Shown here one piece after another: positions 35,163 to 45,100 of a DNA stretch of 64,000 bases (positions are counted from its first letter, which is position 1; each line of letters opens with the position of its first letter). The notes below the pieces were generated by a model, which was not told the DNA's origin, did no database searches, and saw only the letters and a program-made list of their open reading frames with translations. Position numbers and translations under genes: made by a program. The stretch is from contig CAIOTH010000042.1 in the NCBI GenBank assembly GCA_903861145.1, positions 98,236-162,235 of the forward strand. The letters run 5' to 3'. Source of the stretch: an uncultured Bacteroidota bacterium. GTDB lineage: Bacteria; Bacteroidota; Bacteroidia; Chitinophagales; LD1.

Positions 35163-35648
35163 ATGCAAACCTTTACCAATCTAACAAACAAAGAACTTAA
35201 CAACATCATTTTTGATGGAGATGATGAGGTTTTGCGCAAGCGTGCAATTGAGAAATTATTGATGCAGGAACCTACTAACGATGAACTGGCCAACATTATA
35301 AAAAATCATAGGGATTATAGCCTGCGTAACCGGTTTGCTGAAAGATTAATGAAGCAGAATCCCACAAACCGCGAGTTGGCTGTTATTATTGCCCATTGTG
35401 GCGAAGTAACTTTGTGTAAAAGAGGTTGGGAGAAATTGGAACAACAAAACCCATCAAAAGATAACTTAACGTATGTTATTCGCACCTGTAGCTTTGCAGA
35501 TGTAGGCCAAATTGCATGGGAAAGGTTAAAGCAACAAAACCCTAGTGAAGCCGAACTGTCCTTAATCATAGCCTGCTGCAGCCACAGCGATTTGCGCAAG
35601 AGAGTAGAGGATGCGCTTGGTACGCTAATTTCCAAAAGTATCAAATGA
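35163..35648 (+). CDS. small helical-repeat protein (five ~31-aa repeats)
   Basis: Internal periodicity: NLTNKELNNII / QEPTNDELANII / QNPTNRELAVII / QNPSKDNLTYVI / QNPSEAELSLII, each followed by ...R..W/AE+L. Confidence 0.6.
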   Translation: MQTFTNLTNKELNNIIFDGDDEVLRKRAIEKLLMQEPTNDELANIIKNHRDYSLRNRFAERLMKQNPTNRELAVIIAHCGEVTLCKRGWEKLEQQNPSKDNLTYVIRTCSFADVGQIAWERLKQQNPSEAELSLIIACCSHSDLRKRVEDALGTLISKSIK

Positions 35649-35729
35649 GTTTTTTTGTTTGAAGGGCTCAAAGTCCTTCTCCTTGGAGAAGGATTTAGGA
35701 TGAGGCTGCCTTTTTTTTATTTTCGTCCC

Positions 35730-36443
35730 ATGACCCGCTTAAGCGTAAACATTAATAAAATAGCCCTGCTTCGAAATGCTAGGGGTTCTGATATACCAAA
35801 CGTATTACAGTTTGCGCATGATTGTGAGCGGTTTGGGGCGCAAGGTATAACGGTGCATCCACGGCCCGATGAAAGACACATTACCCGTAAAGATGTTTAT
35901 GAGTTGAAGAAAACAGTAACTACTGAGTTTAATATAGAGGGCTATCCAACCGAAGACTTTTTGAGAATGGTGGCAGATGTGAGGCCAGAACAATGCACTC
36001 TTGTGCCCGATGAGCCCGGGCAACTAACCAGCGATCACGGATGGGATACGATTAAGCATCAAAGCTTTTTAAAAGAGGTGATTGCTCAACTTCACCTGCA
36101 TAAAATACGGGTATCGCTATTTATCGACCCACAAAATAACTTGATTGAGGCGGCAAAAACAGCCGGTGCCGACAGAGTCGAGTTTTACACCGGGCCTTAT
36201 GCGCATGATTTTTCAAAGGACAAACAAGCTGCAATTAAAGATTTTGTTAGTGCTGCTGAGTTTTGCAATGAAATTGGCATCGGGATTAACGCCGGGCACG
36301 ATTTGAATTTAGATAACCTTAAGTTTTTTAAACAACATGTGCCCGGTTTGCTGGAAGTTTCCATCGGCCATGCTTTGGTTCGCGATTGTTTGTATTTTGG
36401 CCTTGAAAACACAATTCAGCTTTATTTAAGACAACTTGAATAA
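35730..36443 (+). CDS. pdxJ: pyridoxine 5'-phosphate synthase
   Basis: MTRLSVNINKIALLRNARG, HPRPDERHI, EFYTGPYA and NAGHDLN. ATG 35730 used; the track extension from 35655 covers a hairpin (TCCTTCTC/GAGAAGGA) and a T8 run. Confidence 0.9.
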   Translation: MTRLSVNINKIALLRNARGSDIPNVLQFAHDCERFGAQGITVHPRPDERHITRKDVYELKKTVTTEFNIEGYPTEDFLRMVADVRPEQCTLVPDEPGQLTSDHGWDTIKHQSFLKEVIAQLHLHKIRVSLFIDPQNNLIEAAKTAGADRVEFYTGPYAHDFSKDKQAAIKDFVSAAEFCNEIGIGINAGHDLNLDNLKFFKQHVPGLLEVSIGHALVRDCLYFGLENTIQLYLRQLE

Positions 36444-36447
36444 CGGT

Positions 36448-37197
36448 ATGAGCATTCTTAAAAGAACATTCGGATTTATTTGGGCCTGCTGGACCGGTTT
36501 CTGGTTTATGCTGGTGGTTACCATATTTACGCCTTTTTTCGCGGTGTTTCTTGGCATTTTCGGAAAGAAATATTCGATGAAATGTGTTTGGATTAATGTT
36601 CATTTTTTAAGCCCGTTTTTGCTTGCGGTTTCATTAATACGTTTAAAGGTATTTGGAAAGGAAAATATTGATCCCCAAAAAACTTATGTTTTTGTGGCTA
36701 ACCACCTTGCCCAGGTAGATATTATTACATCCGCATCGGCAATGCCGCAACCTATCAGGTTCCTGGCCAAATCTGAAATTAAAAACATCCCCGTATTTGG
36801 TTACATGACCAAAATGTTGGCAATTATGGTTGACCGTAAAAGCAGGGCCAGCCGTGAAAAATCAGTTCAATACATGGTAGACGAATTGAAGAGAGGCAAC
36901 AGCCTGTTTTTGTATGTCGAGGGTACCCGCAACCGAACAGAACAACCGTTAAAGGAATTTAAGGATGGCGCGTTTAGGGTGGCTATTATGGCGCAAGTGC
37001 CCATTGCCGTTCAAACCCTGATTGGCACTAAAAAGGTTAATAGTCCTGAGGGGCTACAATTATATCCCGGTAAGGTGGAAGTTTACTTTGGTGTGCCCAT
37101 ACAAACAACCGGCTTGACGGTTGATGACGTACCCATGCTTAAAGAGCGAGTAAGAACAGAGATGATGAGCCATTTAAGCAAAGCTGCAACGGGCTAA
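36448..37197 (+). CDS. plsC: 1-acyl-sn-glycerol-3-phosphate acyltransferase
   Basis: Acyltransferase motifs ANHLAQVD (Hx4D), FLAKSE and VEGTRN. N-terminal TM. ATG 36448 preferred over TTG 36436. Confidence 0.8.
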   Translation: MSILKRTFGFIWACWTGFWFMLVVTIFTPFFAVFLGIFGKKYSMKCVWINVHFLSPFLLAVSLIRLKVFGKENIDPQKTYVFVANHLAQVDIITSASAMPQPIRFLAKSEIKNIPVFGYMTKMLAIMVDRKSRASREKSVQYMVDELKRGNSLFLYVEGTRNRTEQPLKEFKDGAFRVAIMAQVPIAVQTLIGTKKVNSPEGLQLYPGKVEVYFGVPIQTTGLTVDDVPMLKERVRTEMMSHLSKAATG

Positions 37198-37301
37198 GCT
37201 ACAATAAGCGCATGTTGGTAATTTGCATGCCACATTTTTTCTCTTCTGTCTTTCTTTGCGCTCGAAAAGAATGCATTTCTAAAAGTGATTAAAAGTATAC
37301 T

Positions 37302-38177
37302 ATGTTATTATTAGATGGCAAAAAACTGGCCGACGAACTAAAAATTGAAATTGCGCAGGAAGTTGAAAAGCTTAAAGCTGCAGGTGGCAAAACGCCCCAC
37401 CTTGCCGCAATTTTAGTGGGCAATGATGGCGGTAGCCTTACTTACGTGGGCCATAAAGTAAAAAGTTGCGAGCAGGTTGGTTTTAAATCGAGCCTTCTGC
37501 ATTTTGAAGATTCAATAACCGAGGAGTTTTTATTAGCCGAAGTAAAAAAGCTAAACGAGGATAAGGACATTGATGGCTTTATCGTTCAGTTGCCATTGCC
37601 TAAACATATTAACCCCGATAAGGTGATTATGAGCATTGACCCTAAAAAGGATGTAGATGGTTTTCATCCTGTTAACGTGGGCAAGGTTACTCTAGGCTTG
37701 TCGGCGTATGTTTCAGCAACACCACTTGGCATCACCAAAATATTGGAGCGTTATAATATCGAAACCTCAGGTAAGCATTGTGTTGTTATTGGCAGAAGTA
37801 ATATTGTAGGCCGGCCCATGAGCATTTTAATGAGTGGGCAAAGCAAAACCGGTAATGCTACAGTAACAGTTTGCCACTCAAAAACAAAAAACTTAAAAGA
37901 GATTACCCTGCAAGGCGATATTATAATAGCCGCCTTGGGCAAACCCGAATTTTTAACCGGCGATATGGTAAAACCCGGCGCCGTTGTTATTGACGTAGGC
38001 ACAACCCGCGTGCCCGACACAACAACTAAAAGCGGTTGGCGTTTAAAAGGTGATGTAAAGTTTGATGAGGTATCGGCCAAATGCAGCGCTATTACACCGG
38101 TGCCCGGTGGAGTAGGGCCTATGACGGTTGTATCCTTGCTATTAAATACACTTAAAGCTGCTAAAAATGAAGTATAA
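37302..38177 (+). CDS. folD: bifunctional methylenetetrahydrofolate dehydrogenase/methenyl-THF cyclohydrolase
   Basis: [46 protein letters not shown] and [10 protein letters not shown]. Confidence 0.95.
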   Translation: MLLLDGKKLADELKIEIAQEVEKLKAAGGKTPHLAAILVGNDGGSLTYVGHKVKSCEQVGFKSSLLHFEDSITEEFLLAEVKKLNEDKDIDGFIVQLPLPKHINPDKVIMSIDPKKDVDGFHPVNVGKVTLGLSAYVSATPLGITKILERYNIETSGKHCVVIGRSNIVGRPMSILMSGQSKTGNATVTVCHSKTKNLKEITLQGDIIIAALGKPEFLTGDMVKPGAVVIDVGTTRVPDTTTKSGWRLKGDVKFDEVSAKCSAITPVPGGVGPMTVVSLLLNTLKAAKNEV

Positions 38178-39147
38178 TTTTCACCGCAATTTGGATTCAC
38201 GTTATTTGAATCTTTTACCTCTTGCCATTTGTGTTGGTTTTGCTTTAATGTTTACCGCATGTAAAGAAAAACCAAAGAACGGGCATGACACTACCACGAC
38301 AGATAATGGTGGTACGGCAGGCAAAGGATATTCTGACTCATCTGCCTCCTCGGTCATAGTTTTTGATCAAAACGGCAGAGTGTGTATTCAACAAAGCAAT
38401 ACATCGTACGAAATGGTAAATATTGTAGAGAGCGATAGTAAAACGCCCCTGTTGCTTAAAATCAAAAAGACAGAGCTATGCTTCGCAGATTCAATTAATA
38501 AGGACAAAGTTTACGAAATTTCGGGGAAGAGTGTTTTAGATAGCAAAAGTGTTAGCTGGAATATCCAGTTTGTTGCAACCGACATTTCGTTTAAGGACAA
38601 TACCATTATCGCCATTAAAGAAGGCACTGACAACGAGAATGATTTTATTAAGCGTTTTAGCCTTTTAAACGGCAACGAGGTGTTTAGTTGCTCATTCGCG
38701 GACCTTGAGGTAAAAGTGCCTAATGTTATTAGTAAGTTCTTTATCGGTTACACATCAAAAAAAGCGGCATCCGGTCCTCTGGCACTTTTGAAAGATGAAA
38801 ATTTATTGGGTGTAGTTAGGCTAGGTTCAAGCGATGCCGCTATTGACTCATTTAAAATAAAATTGAAGCGCTCGAAAATGGCGGATAAGCTGCTTGCCTC
38901 GGTGCCCGACCTTATTTTGGCTTCAACCGGCGATAATACCACGGCAATAGATGATGGAAGGTCGTTAATATTGAAAGGAGATAGTCGTTACCTGGTTAAG
39001 GATGTTCAGGGTTTTGGAGTTAAGTTTACTTACTACTACGGCGATGATAATGAAACCATCAACATATTCGTTCCGGTTGATAAAGGCAAATTCGACATAG
39101 CGCATGCTACATACGACAAGGATATTTTTGAGCTAAGCGGCTTTTAG
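38167..39147 (+). CDS. lipoprotein, unknown function
   Basis: 326-aa ORF with lipobox ALMFTAC. Start overlaps the folD stop (ATGAAGTATAA). Confidence 0.65.
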   Translation: MKYNFHRNLDSRYLNLLPLAICVGFALMFTACKEKPKNGHDTTTTDNGGTAGKGYSDSSASSVIVFDQNGRVCIQQSNTSYEMVNIVESDSKTPLLLKIKKTELCFADSINKDKVYEISGKSVLDSKSVSWNIQFVATDISFKDNTIIAIKEGTDNENDFIKRFSLLNGNEVFSCSFADLEVKVPNVISKFFIGYTSKKAASGPLALLKDENLLGVVRLGSSDAAIDSFKIKLKRSKMADKLLASVPDLILASTGDNTTAIDDGRSLILKGDSRYLVKDVQGFGVKFTYYYGDDNETINIFVPVDKGKFDIAHATYDKDIFELSGF

Positions 39148-39155
39148 TCCCAACT

Positions 39156-39303
39156 ATAGAACGCTGATTTATTATGGTTCTTATGATTTTTAATATGATG
39201 TAATACATGCTATTAAAATTCAGGGGCTGAAGCAAATGCAATTTCCGATATACTGGTTTTTATCATAAGCCAACATAATCATCATAATAAATCAGCGTTC
39301 TAT
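39156..39303. repeat. MITE-like element, copy B
   Basis: 39156-39176 ATAGAACGCTGATTTATTATG is the perfect reverse complement of 39283-39303. Lies between stop codon 39147 and terminator 39320-39357. Shares ends and internal blocks with copy A. Confidence 0.6.
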
Positions 39304-39319
39304 TTCTCCAATTAAACTT

Positions 39320-39357
39320 AAAAGGCTGTCTTGAATAAAATTCAAGCAGCCTTTTTT
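39320..39357 (+). terminator. rho-independent terminator
   Basis: AAAAGGCTGTCTTGAAT / ATTCAAGCAGCCTTTT stem (one bulge), 3-nt loop, T6 tail. Confidence 0.75.
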
Positions 39358-39447
39358 GTGGATATTCGTTCTGCGCTTTTGAATCTTTTTGTCTTCAATT
39401 TGCATAGAGTGACTACCGATACAACAAATTTGACGAAGCTCCCGGTT

Positions 39448-40029
39448 ATGGAGCATTTTTACACGATACAGGGTGAGGGCTACCACCAGGGTAAAGCTGC
39501 TTACTTTGTAAGGCTGGGCGGGTGCGATGTTGGCTGCACCTGGTGCGATGTAAAAGAAAGCTGGCTCGCCGAAAAACATCCATTATGGACTGTTGAGGAA
39601 ATAGTGGCGGAAGTAAAAATCTCGGGCGCTAAAATTTGTGTTATAACAGGAGGGGAGCCCTTAATGTATAATCTTACCGGGCTAACACGGGCGCTTCACC
39701 AAAATAATATCAAAACAAATGTCGAGACATCCGGTGCTTATCCATTAAGTGGTGAGTGGGATTGGATATGCGTTTCTCCTAAAAAATTTAAGAAGCCTTT
39801 GGATGAATGCCTGAAAGCATGTAACGAATTAAAGGCGGTGGTTTTTCATCGCAACGATATTCGCTGGGCGGAAGAAAATGCGGAGAATGTGAGTGCCGAT
39901 TGTAAATTGTTTTTGCAGCCGGAGTGGAGTAAGGAAAAAGAAATGCTACCGGTGATTGTTGAGTATGTGAAGCAGCACCAGCAATGGGAAATTTCGTTGC
40001 AGATTCATAAATACATGGATATACCATAA
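39448..40029 (+). CDS. queE: 7-carboxy-7-deazaguanine synthase (radical SAM)
   Basis: FYTIQGEG and the CDVGCTWCD (Cx3Cx2C) cluster. ATG 39448 (GTG 39409 also possible). The track start 39331 runs through the terminator hairpin, so it was rejected. Confidence 0.85.
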   Translation: MEHFYTIQGEGYHQGKAAYFVRLGGCDVGCTWCDVKESWLAEKHPLWTVEEIVAEVKISGAKICVITGGEPLMYNLTGLTRALHQNNIKTNVETSGAYPLSGEWDWICVSPKKFKKPLDECLKACNELKAVVFHRNDIRWAEENAENVSADCKLFLQPEWSKEKEMLPVIVEYVKQHQQWEISLQIHKYMDIP

Positions 40030-40039
40030 ACTGTTTAAA

Positions 40040-41962
40040 ATGAATAAATTTTTTTGTGCGCTTTTTGTTTTTGTTTTTCCGGCTTCAATCTTTGCCCAGG
40101 TAATTACTACCAAGGAAGATGCAAAGGGCAAAGCAGCTGAATATTATAAACGTGGCGATTACGATTACCAATACATGAAATTGGCCGCTGCCGATTCATT
40201 TTTGCACCTGGCAGTTAAAGAGAAAGATAATTTTATTAATGCTTGGATTTTGATTGGAAGGCTCAATTCAGAAACTACTAAGAATTATAAAGAGGGCGCC
40301 GCCGCTTATGAAAAAGTAAAACTTTTGAAGGCGGATTACGACCCTTCGGTAACATTTAATTTAGGCTTGTGCTATATGAATTTAGGTGATTACACAAAAG
40401 CAAAGTCTAACTTCCAGCAATTTCTTACTGTTCCTAAAATACCGGCCGATCAAAGATTGCTTACCGACCAAATGTTGAAGGATTGCGACTTTGCGGTTGA
40501 TGCGATGAAACACCCGCTCAATTTTAAACCGGTTAACCTGGGCCCCGGTGTAAACACAGCCGATGACGAAAGCATGCCTTCAATTACTATTGATGGCAGG
40601 TTTCTATACTTTACGCGCCATTATGGTTCAGGTGCTTTTCAGGATGAAGATATTTTTATGAGTTTGCATACCCTTTCGGGGTGGCAAAGGGCTAGTAGCA
40701 TTGGTAATGCCATCAATACCGAGCAATATGTAGAGGGAGCGCAAAATATTTCGCCAAGTGGCAAGTACCTGTTTTTTACCAGCAGCGACCGCCCCGATGG
40801 ACTTGGCCGCGCCGATATATACATGGCGCGTAAAGTTGGCGACCAATGGGAGCGCGCCAATAATATTGGCGCTCCAATAAACACACCCGGATACGAAACA
40901 CAACCCTGCATTAGCGCGGATGGCAGAGACCTCTATTACGCCGGCATACGGGCTGAAGGTTACGGTGGAACGGATATTTGGGTAAGCCACCTAAACGCAG
41001 ATGGTACCTGGGGCAAACCCGAAAACTTAGGGCCTAACGTAAATACATCCTACGATGAAATGAGGCCCTTTATTCATCCCGATGGGCAAACGCTTTATTT
41101 CTCATCTCGCGGGCATGAAGGAATGGGCAACTTCGATATTTTTATGAGCCGCCGGCAGCCAGATGGTACCTGGGGTAAAGCCATTAATTTAGGTTATCCC
41201 ATCAATACTCCGGGCGATGAGTTGGGAATTTTTGTAACGGCTGATGGAACTATGGCCTACTATGCCTCTGAACAGAAGGATACCAAAGGCCAAATGGATA
41301 TTTACAGTTTCGATTTGCCCGAACAATTCAGGCCTCATTATGCTTCGTATGTCCGAGGATCTGTTTTTGATAAGGAGAGCAAACAAAATATTCAAACCAA
41401 TGTGCAGGTATACGATTTGGAAACCGGTAAACTATTCAGCACTTTTTCTGGCGATAAAGTGAATGGTGTTTTCCTTTCTGCATTGCCCGCGGGTAAAAAT
41501 TATGCCGTAGAAGTTTTAAAGGATGGTTATCTGCCTTATTCACAAAATATTTCATTGAAAGATTCCAATAGCGTTACGCCGTTTGAGGTCGACATTCCGC
41601 TGCAAAAAATTAAAGTTGGCGAAACGGTGGTATTGAACAATGTTTTCTTCGAATCAGACAAGTATTCGCTTAAACTAGAATCAGCTTCTGAGCTGACTGT
41701 TATTATTAAACTGTTGGAAAAGAACCCAACTCTTAAAATTGAAATTGGCGGGCATACCGATAACAGCGGCACCGAAGAATTGAACAAAAAGCTGTCTGAA
41801 AACCGGGCCAAGAGCGTATATGATTATCTTATTGCGAAAGGCGTAGCCGCCGGGCGCTTAAGTTACAAAGGTTATGCTGCTGCTAAACCGGTGGCCGATA
41901 ACAACACGCCTGAAGGCAAGGCCAAAAACCGGCGTACCGAGTTTTTAGTTACAGGAATATAA
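40040..41962 (+). CDS. OmpA-family multidomain protein (TPR + TolB-like beta-propeller + CarboxypepD_reg-like + OmpA_C), PG1058-like
   Basis: Signal peptide. TPR region. Repeated PD40 motifs (SPSGKYLFFTSSDR, ISADGRDLYYAG, IHPDGQTLYFSSRG, VTADGTMAYYAS). Ig-like VRGSVFDKES...YAVEVLKDGY. OmpA_C GHTDNSG...NRRTEF. Confidence 0.8.
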   Translation: MNKFFCALFVFVFPASIFAQVITTKEDAKGKAAEYYKRGDYDYQYMKLAAADSFLHLAVKEKDNFINAWILIGRLNSETTKNYKEGAAAYEKVKLLKADYDPSVTFNLGLCYMNLGDYTKAKSNFQQFLTVPKIPADQRLLTDQMLKDCDFAVDAMKHPLNFKPVNLGPGVNTADDESMPSITIDGRFLYFTRHYGSGAFQDEDIFMSLHTLSGWQRASSIGNAINTEQYVEGAQNISPSGKYLFFTSSDRPDGLGRADIYMARKVGDQWERANNIGAPINTPGYETQPCISADGRDLYYAGIRAEGYGGTDIWVSHLNADGTWGKPENLGPNVNTSYDEMRPFIHPDGQTLYFSSRGHEGMGNFDIFMSRRQPDGTWGKAINLGYPINTPGDELGIFVTADGTMAYYASEQKDTKGQMDIYSFDLPEQFRPHYASYVRGSVFDKESKQNIQTNVQVYDLETGKLFSTFSGDKVNGVFLSALPAGKNYAVEVLKDGYLPYSQNISLKDSNSVTPFEVDIPLQKIKVGETVVLNNVFFESDKYSLKLESASELTVIIKLLEKNPTLKIEIGGHTDNSGTEELNKKLSENRAKSVYDYLIAKGVAAGRLSYKGYAAAKPVADNNTPEGKAKNRRTEFLVTGI

Positions 41963-42132
41963 TTCAGGCCACGCAACCTTTTCGGGCCTTATACCACTCA
42001 ATTATTGGATAATAATTGTACCTTTTTGATGGTCAAATGTTAAGGAGGAATTATTAAATCATTCTTATTCCCTTAAAAATTTGAAATTAAGTCGTTAATT
42101 CTTTTAAATTTATCGGATAATCCCCGTTACTG

Positions 42133-45100
42133 ATGAGAAATATTTACTCCCTGTTAGCTATTTTATTGATTTCCGGTTACTCTGTTTTTGCACAACAGAC
42201 AACTTTTCAGGCCCAATATAGTTTTGGGTCATTTTCAATTCCAATTCTAACTGATATTATTCAAAATCCTTCTGGTCAATATCTAATGACTGGTACTGAT
42301 GGCACGTTACCGATCAGGGGAACCGTAACTCTTATTGACTCGGGAGCTAATGTGATTTGGTCGCACGAATATGTTTCGAGTATCCAAACAGAAATTGTGG
42401 ATGTAAAAAATGTAGCGGCAGGCGGTTATATTGTTACCGGCGAAAGTAACCCCGGTTTGATGTTAATGAGACTTGATGCCAGCGGAAACACGATTTGGTC
42501 AAACACTTACCATGTTGCCTCGGGTGTTGATGAATATGCAAGTAGAGTTTTGCCTACCAGTGATGGTAGTTTTGTTGTTGCAGGCTATGTTTACAGTGCC
42601 ACTCCGCCGGGATTTTCGCGTCAGGACTCGGCAAATTGCTATATTATGAAAGTTAACAGCGCCGGCGCTTTGCTTTGGGCGAAAGTTGTTTTTTGTAGTA
42701 CGGCTTATATAAACGATCACGTTTTAAATGATGTTGCTGAGTCGGCAGATGGCTATGTTTTTGTAGGAAGTATGAGCCAGGGCGCAGCCGATGCTGCAGG
42801 TACCTTCGGACTTGTTATTAAAACTGATTTTAACGGTAACGTAATGCAAATAAGGCATTGGGGGGCTTCCGGTAACGATGTAGAGGCTACTTCCGTATCA
42901 AGTTTAACTACAACCACGCAATTAATAGGAGGTGACGATAATAGTGAATCGTTCGTGGTTAAATTTAATTCGGGTACAATAAGTGGTGGTGGTTACAAAT
43001 ACACCGGTTTGTTTGGTGGGTTTCCCCCGTATCTGAATTTTAATGCAGTGCCTACATTTGATGGTAATTATGCAATGATAGGCATGGCCCCGCTTGGTTT
43101 TGAATCCTACATTATGAAGGTTAATTCTACCAACGGAAACCTGATTTGGGGAGAGCAATATAACGGTGGTTTCGCATCTCTTTTGCCTGAAGGAAGACAG
43201 GTTGCTGATAGCGGATTTATTATGGTTACTACGGCATTAGGAGGTAACGGATATGTTTACCTTGTTGTGAAGACTAATTCGACGGGTCAAACACCACCGG
43301 CAGCTTGTTCGCCGCCTACAAGTTTTAGTCCTACCAAAGCTGCCTATAGTCCCACTTATACATCATTTACTCCTGATTCAATCACAACTACTGTTGCAAG
43401 TAGTTTTAGTCCTGCAGTGGTTATTGTTCACCCTACGGATTCCATTCATTGTATAGCGATTGTTTGTACAGCACCACCGGTGCCTACAACATCTTCGGCT
43501 TCGCCATCCACGGTCTGCTCTGGGTCTCCTTCTACTATAACCGGTAGTGGCTCCGGTTCGGTTACCTATAATGTTTACGCTACGGCCACAGGAGGAAACC
43601 CAATAGGCGTTTCGCCATACGTTGTTAATCCTACAACCACTACAACTTATTACGTTGAAGCCAGTTCGGGTTCAGGCTGCGTTAGCACATCAAGGCAAGC
43701 GGTTACCATTACCGTTACACAGGGGCCCGGTGCCGTAGGCTCAATAACCGGTAATACAACTCCTTGTGTTGGTGCACAAGCTTATTCTATTTCTGCAGTA
43801 ACAAATGCCACTACATACGCATGGTCTGTATCCGGTGGTGGTTCTATAACAGGTGGTGCAGGCACAACCAACATCACTGTTACCTGGACAACAGCCGGCG
43901 GCCCTTACACCGTTTCGGTTACCGCCAGCAATAGTTGCGGTAGTGCTACAAATTCAGTTGCCGTTACTGTTGGTAGCGCACCCGGTGCGGCTACAGCTTC
44001 GGTCACACCTAATCCGGTATGTGCGGGTAATAACGTAACACTCAATTCAAGTTCGAGTGGTGCTACTAGCTATTCATGGTCTGGGCCGGGTGGTTTTTCT
44101 TCTACACTGCAAAATCCAGCAATTAATGGGGTATTGGCTAACCAGGCTGGTACTTACACCGTTACTGCTTCTAATGCATGTGGTAGTGTAACGGCATCGG
44201 CAAGTTTAGTTGTAAACTCAAAACCGAGCGCAACTACTGCAAGTGCAAGTCCTAATCCGGCGTGCCAGGGGCAAACAGTAAACTTAACCGGCGGTTCCAC
44301 AGGAGAAACTTCATGGGCCTGGAGTGGGCCGCAAACATATTCATCTACGCTTCAGTCGCCGTCCATAACAAATATTCAGGCTAATCAGGGAGGCACCTAT
44401 ACGCTGATAGCAACCAATACTTGCGGTAATGATACAGCAACGGTAAATTTGGTTGTAAACACAAAGCCAACTGCGGTAGTGGCTACGGCATTCCCTAACC
44501 CTGTTTGCGTGGGCGATAGTGTAAGATTAAACGGCAGTGCCACCGGTGCAGTATCTTATAGCTGGACCGGGCCTAACAGCTTTACTTCTGCAATATCAAA
44601 CCCGCTAATCAGTAGTTTTGTAACTGCCGATTCGGGAGTGTATACATTGTCGGCTACCAATACTTGTGGAACAACCACGGGTACTGTTAGAGTAACCATA
44701 GGAACAATACCTACCGCTGTTACTGCAACGGCAAGCACTACTTCTACCTGTTTCGGAACTACCATCCGTTTATTCGGAACTGCAAGCGGGGCGACTGATT
44801 TTAGCTGGACAGGCCCTAATGGCTTCACATCAGGCCAACAAAACGATAGCATTGTAAATAGTGTTGTTGCCGACAGTGGTGCTTATGTGCTAACGGTTAG
44901 TAATGGTTGTGGCACTGCTACAAGTACCGTCGTTATTAATGTTGATACGCTGATTCAAAATTTCAGCGGCTATTCAAGAGGAGGCGATACGCTTTGTACG
45001 GCATATCAATTAACGCTTGATGGAGTTGGGCAGAACATTAATTCGTGGTTATGGGTGGGGCCTAATGGTTTTAGGACAACATCGCAGGATACAGTAGTTA

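Noticed and set aside
37751-38200. 149-aa ORF antisense to folD. Similar antisense ORFs occur at 31175-31681, 35315-35671, 7680-8018, 40628-40990, 45928-46272, 50770-51111 and 51320-51673.
   Set aside because: Each lies entirely within, and opposite to, a gene with strong family motifs. Their sequences are low-complexity or odd in composition. These are typical shadow ORFs.
39331-39447. N-terminal extension of queE in the ORF track. Analogous extensions occur at 5794-5847, 35655-35729, 32558-32626, 8669-8695 and 30253-30282.
   Set aside because: The queE extension runs through a rho-independent terminator hairpin, and the pdxJ extension covers a hairpin plus a T8 run. The others remove an otherwise N-terminal signal peptide or use TTG when an in-frame ATG with a better context follows.
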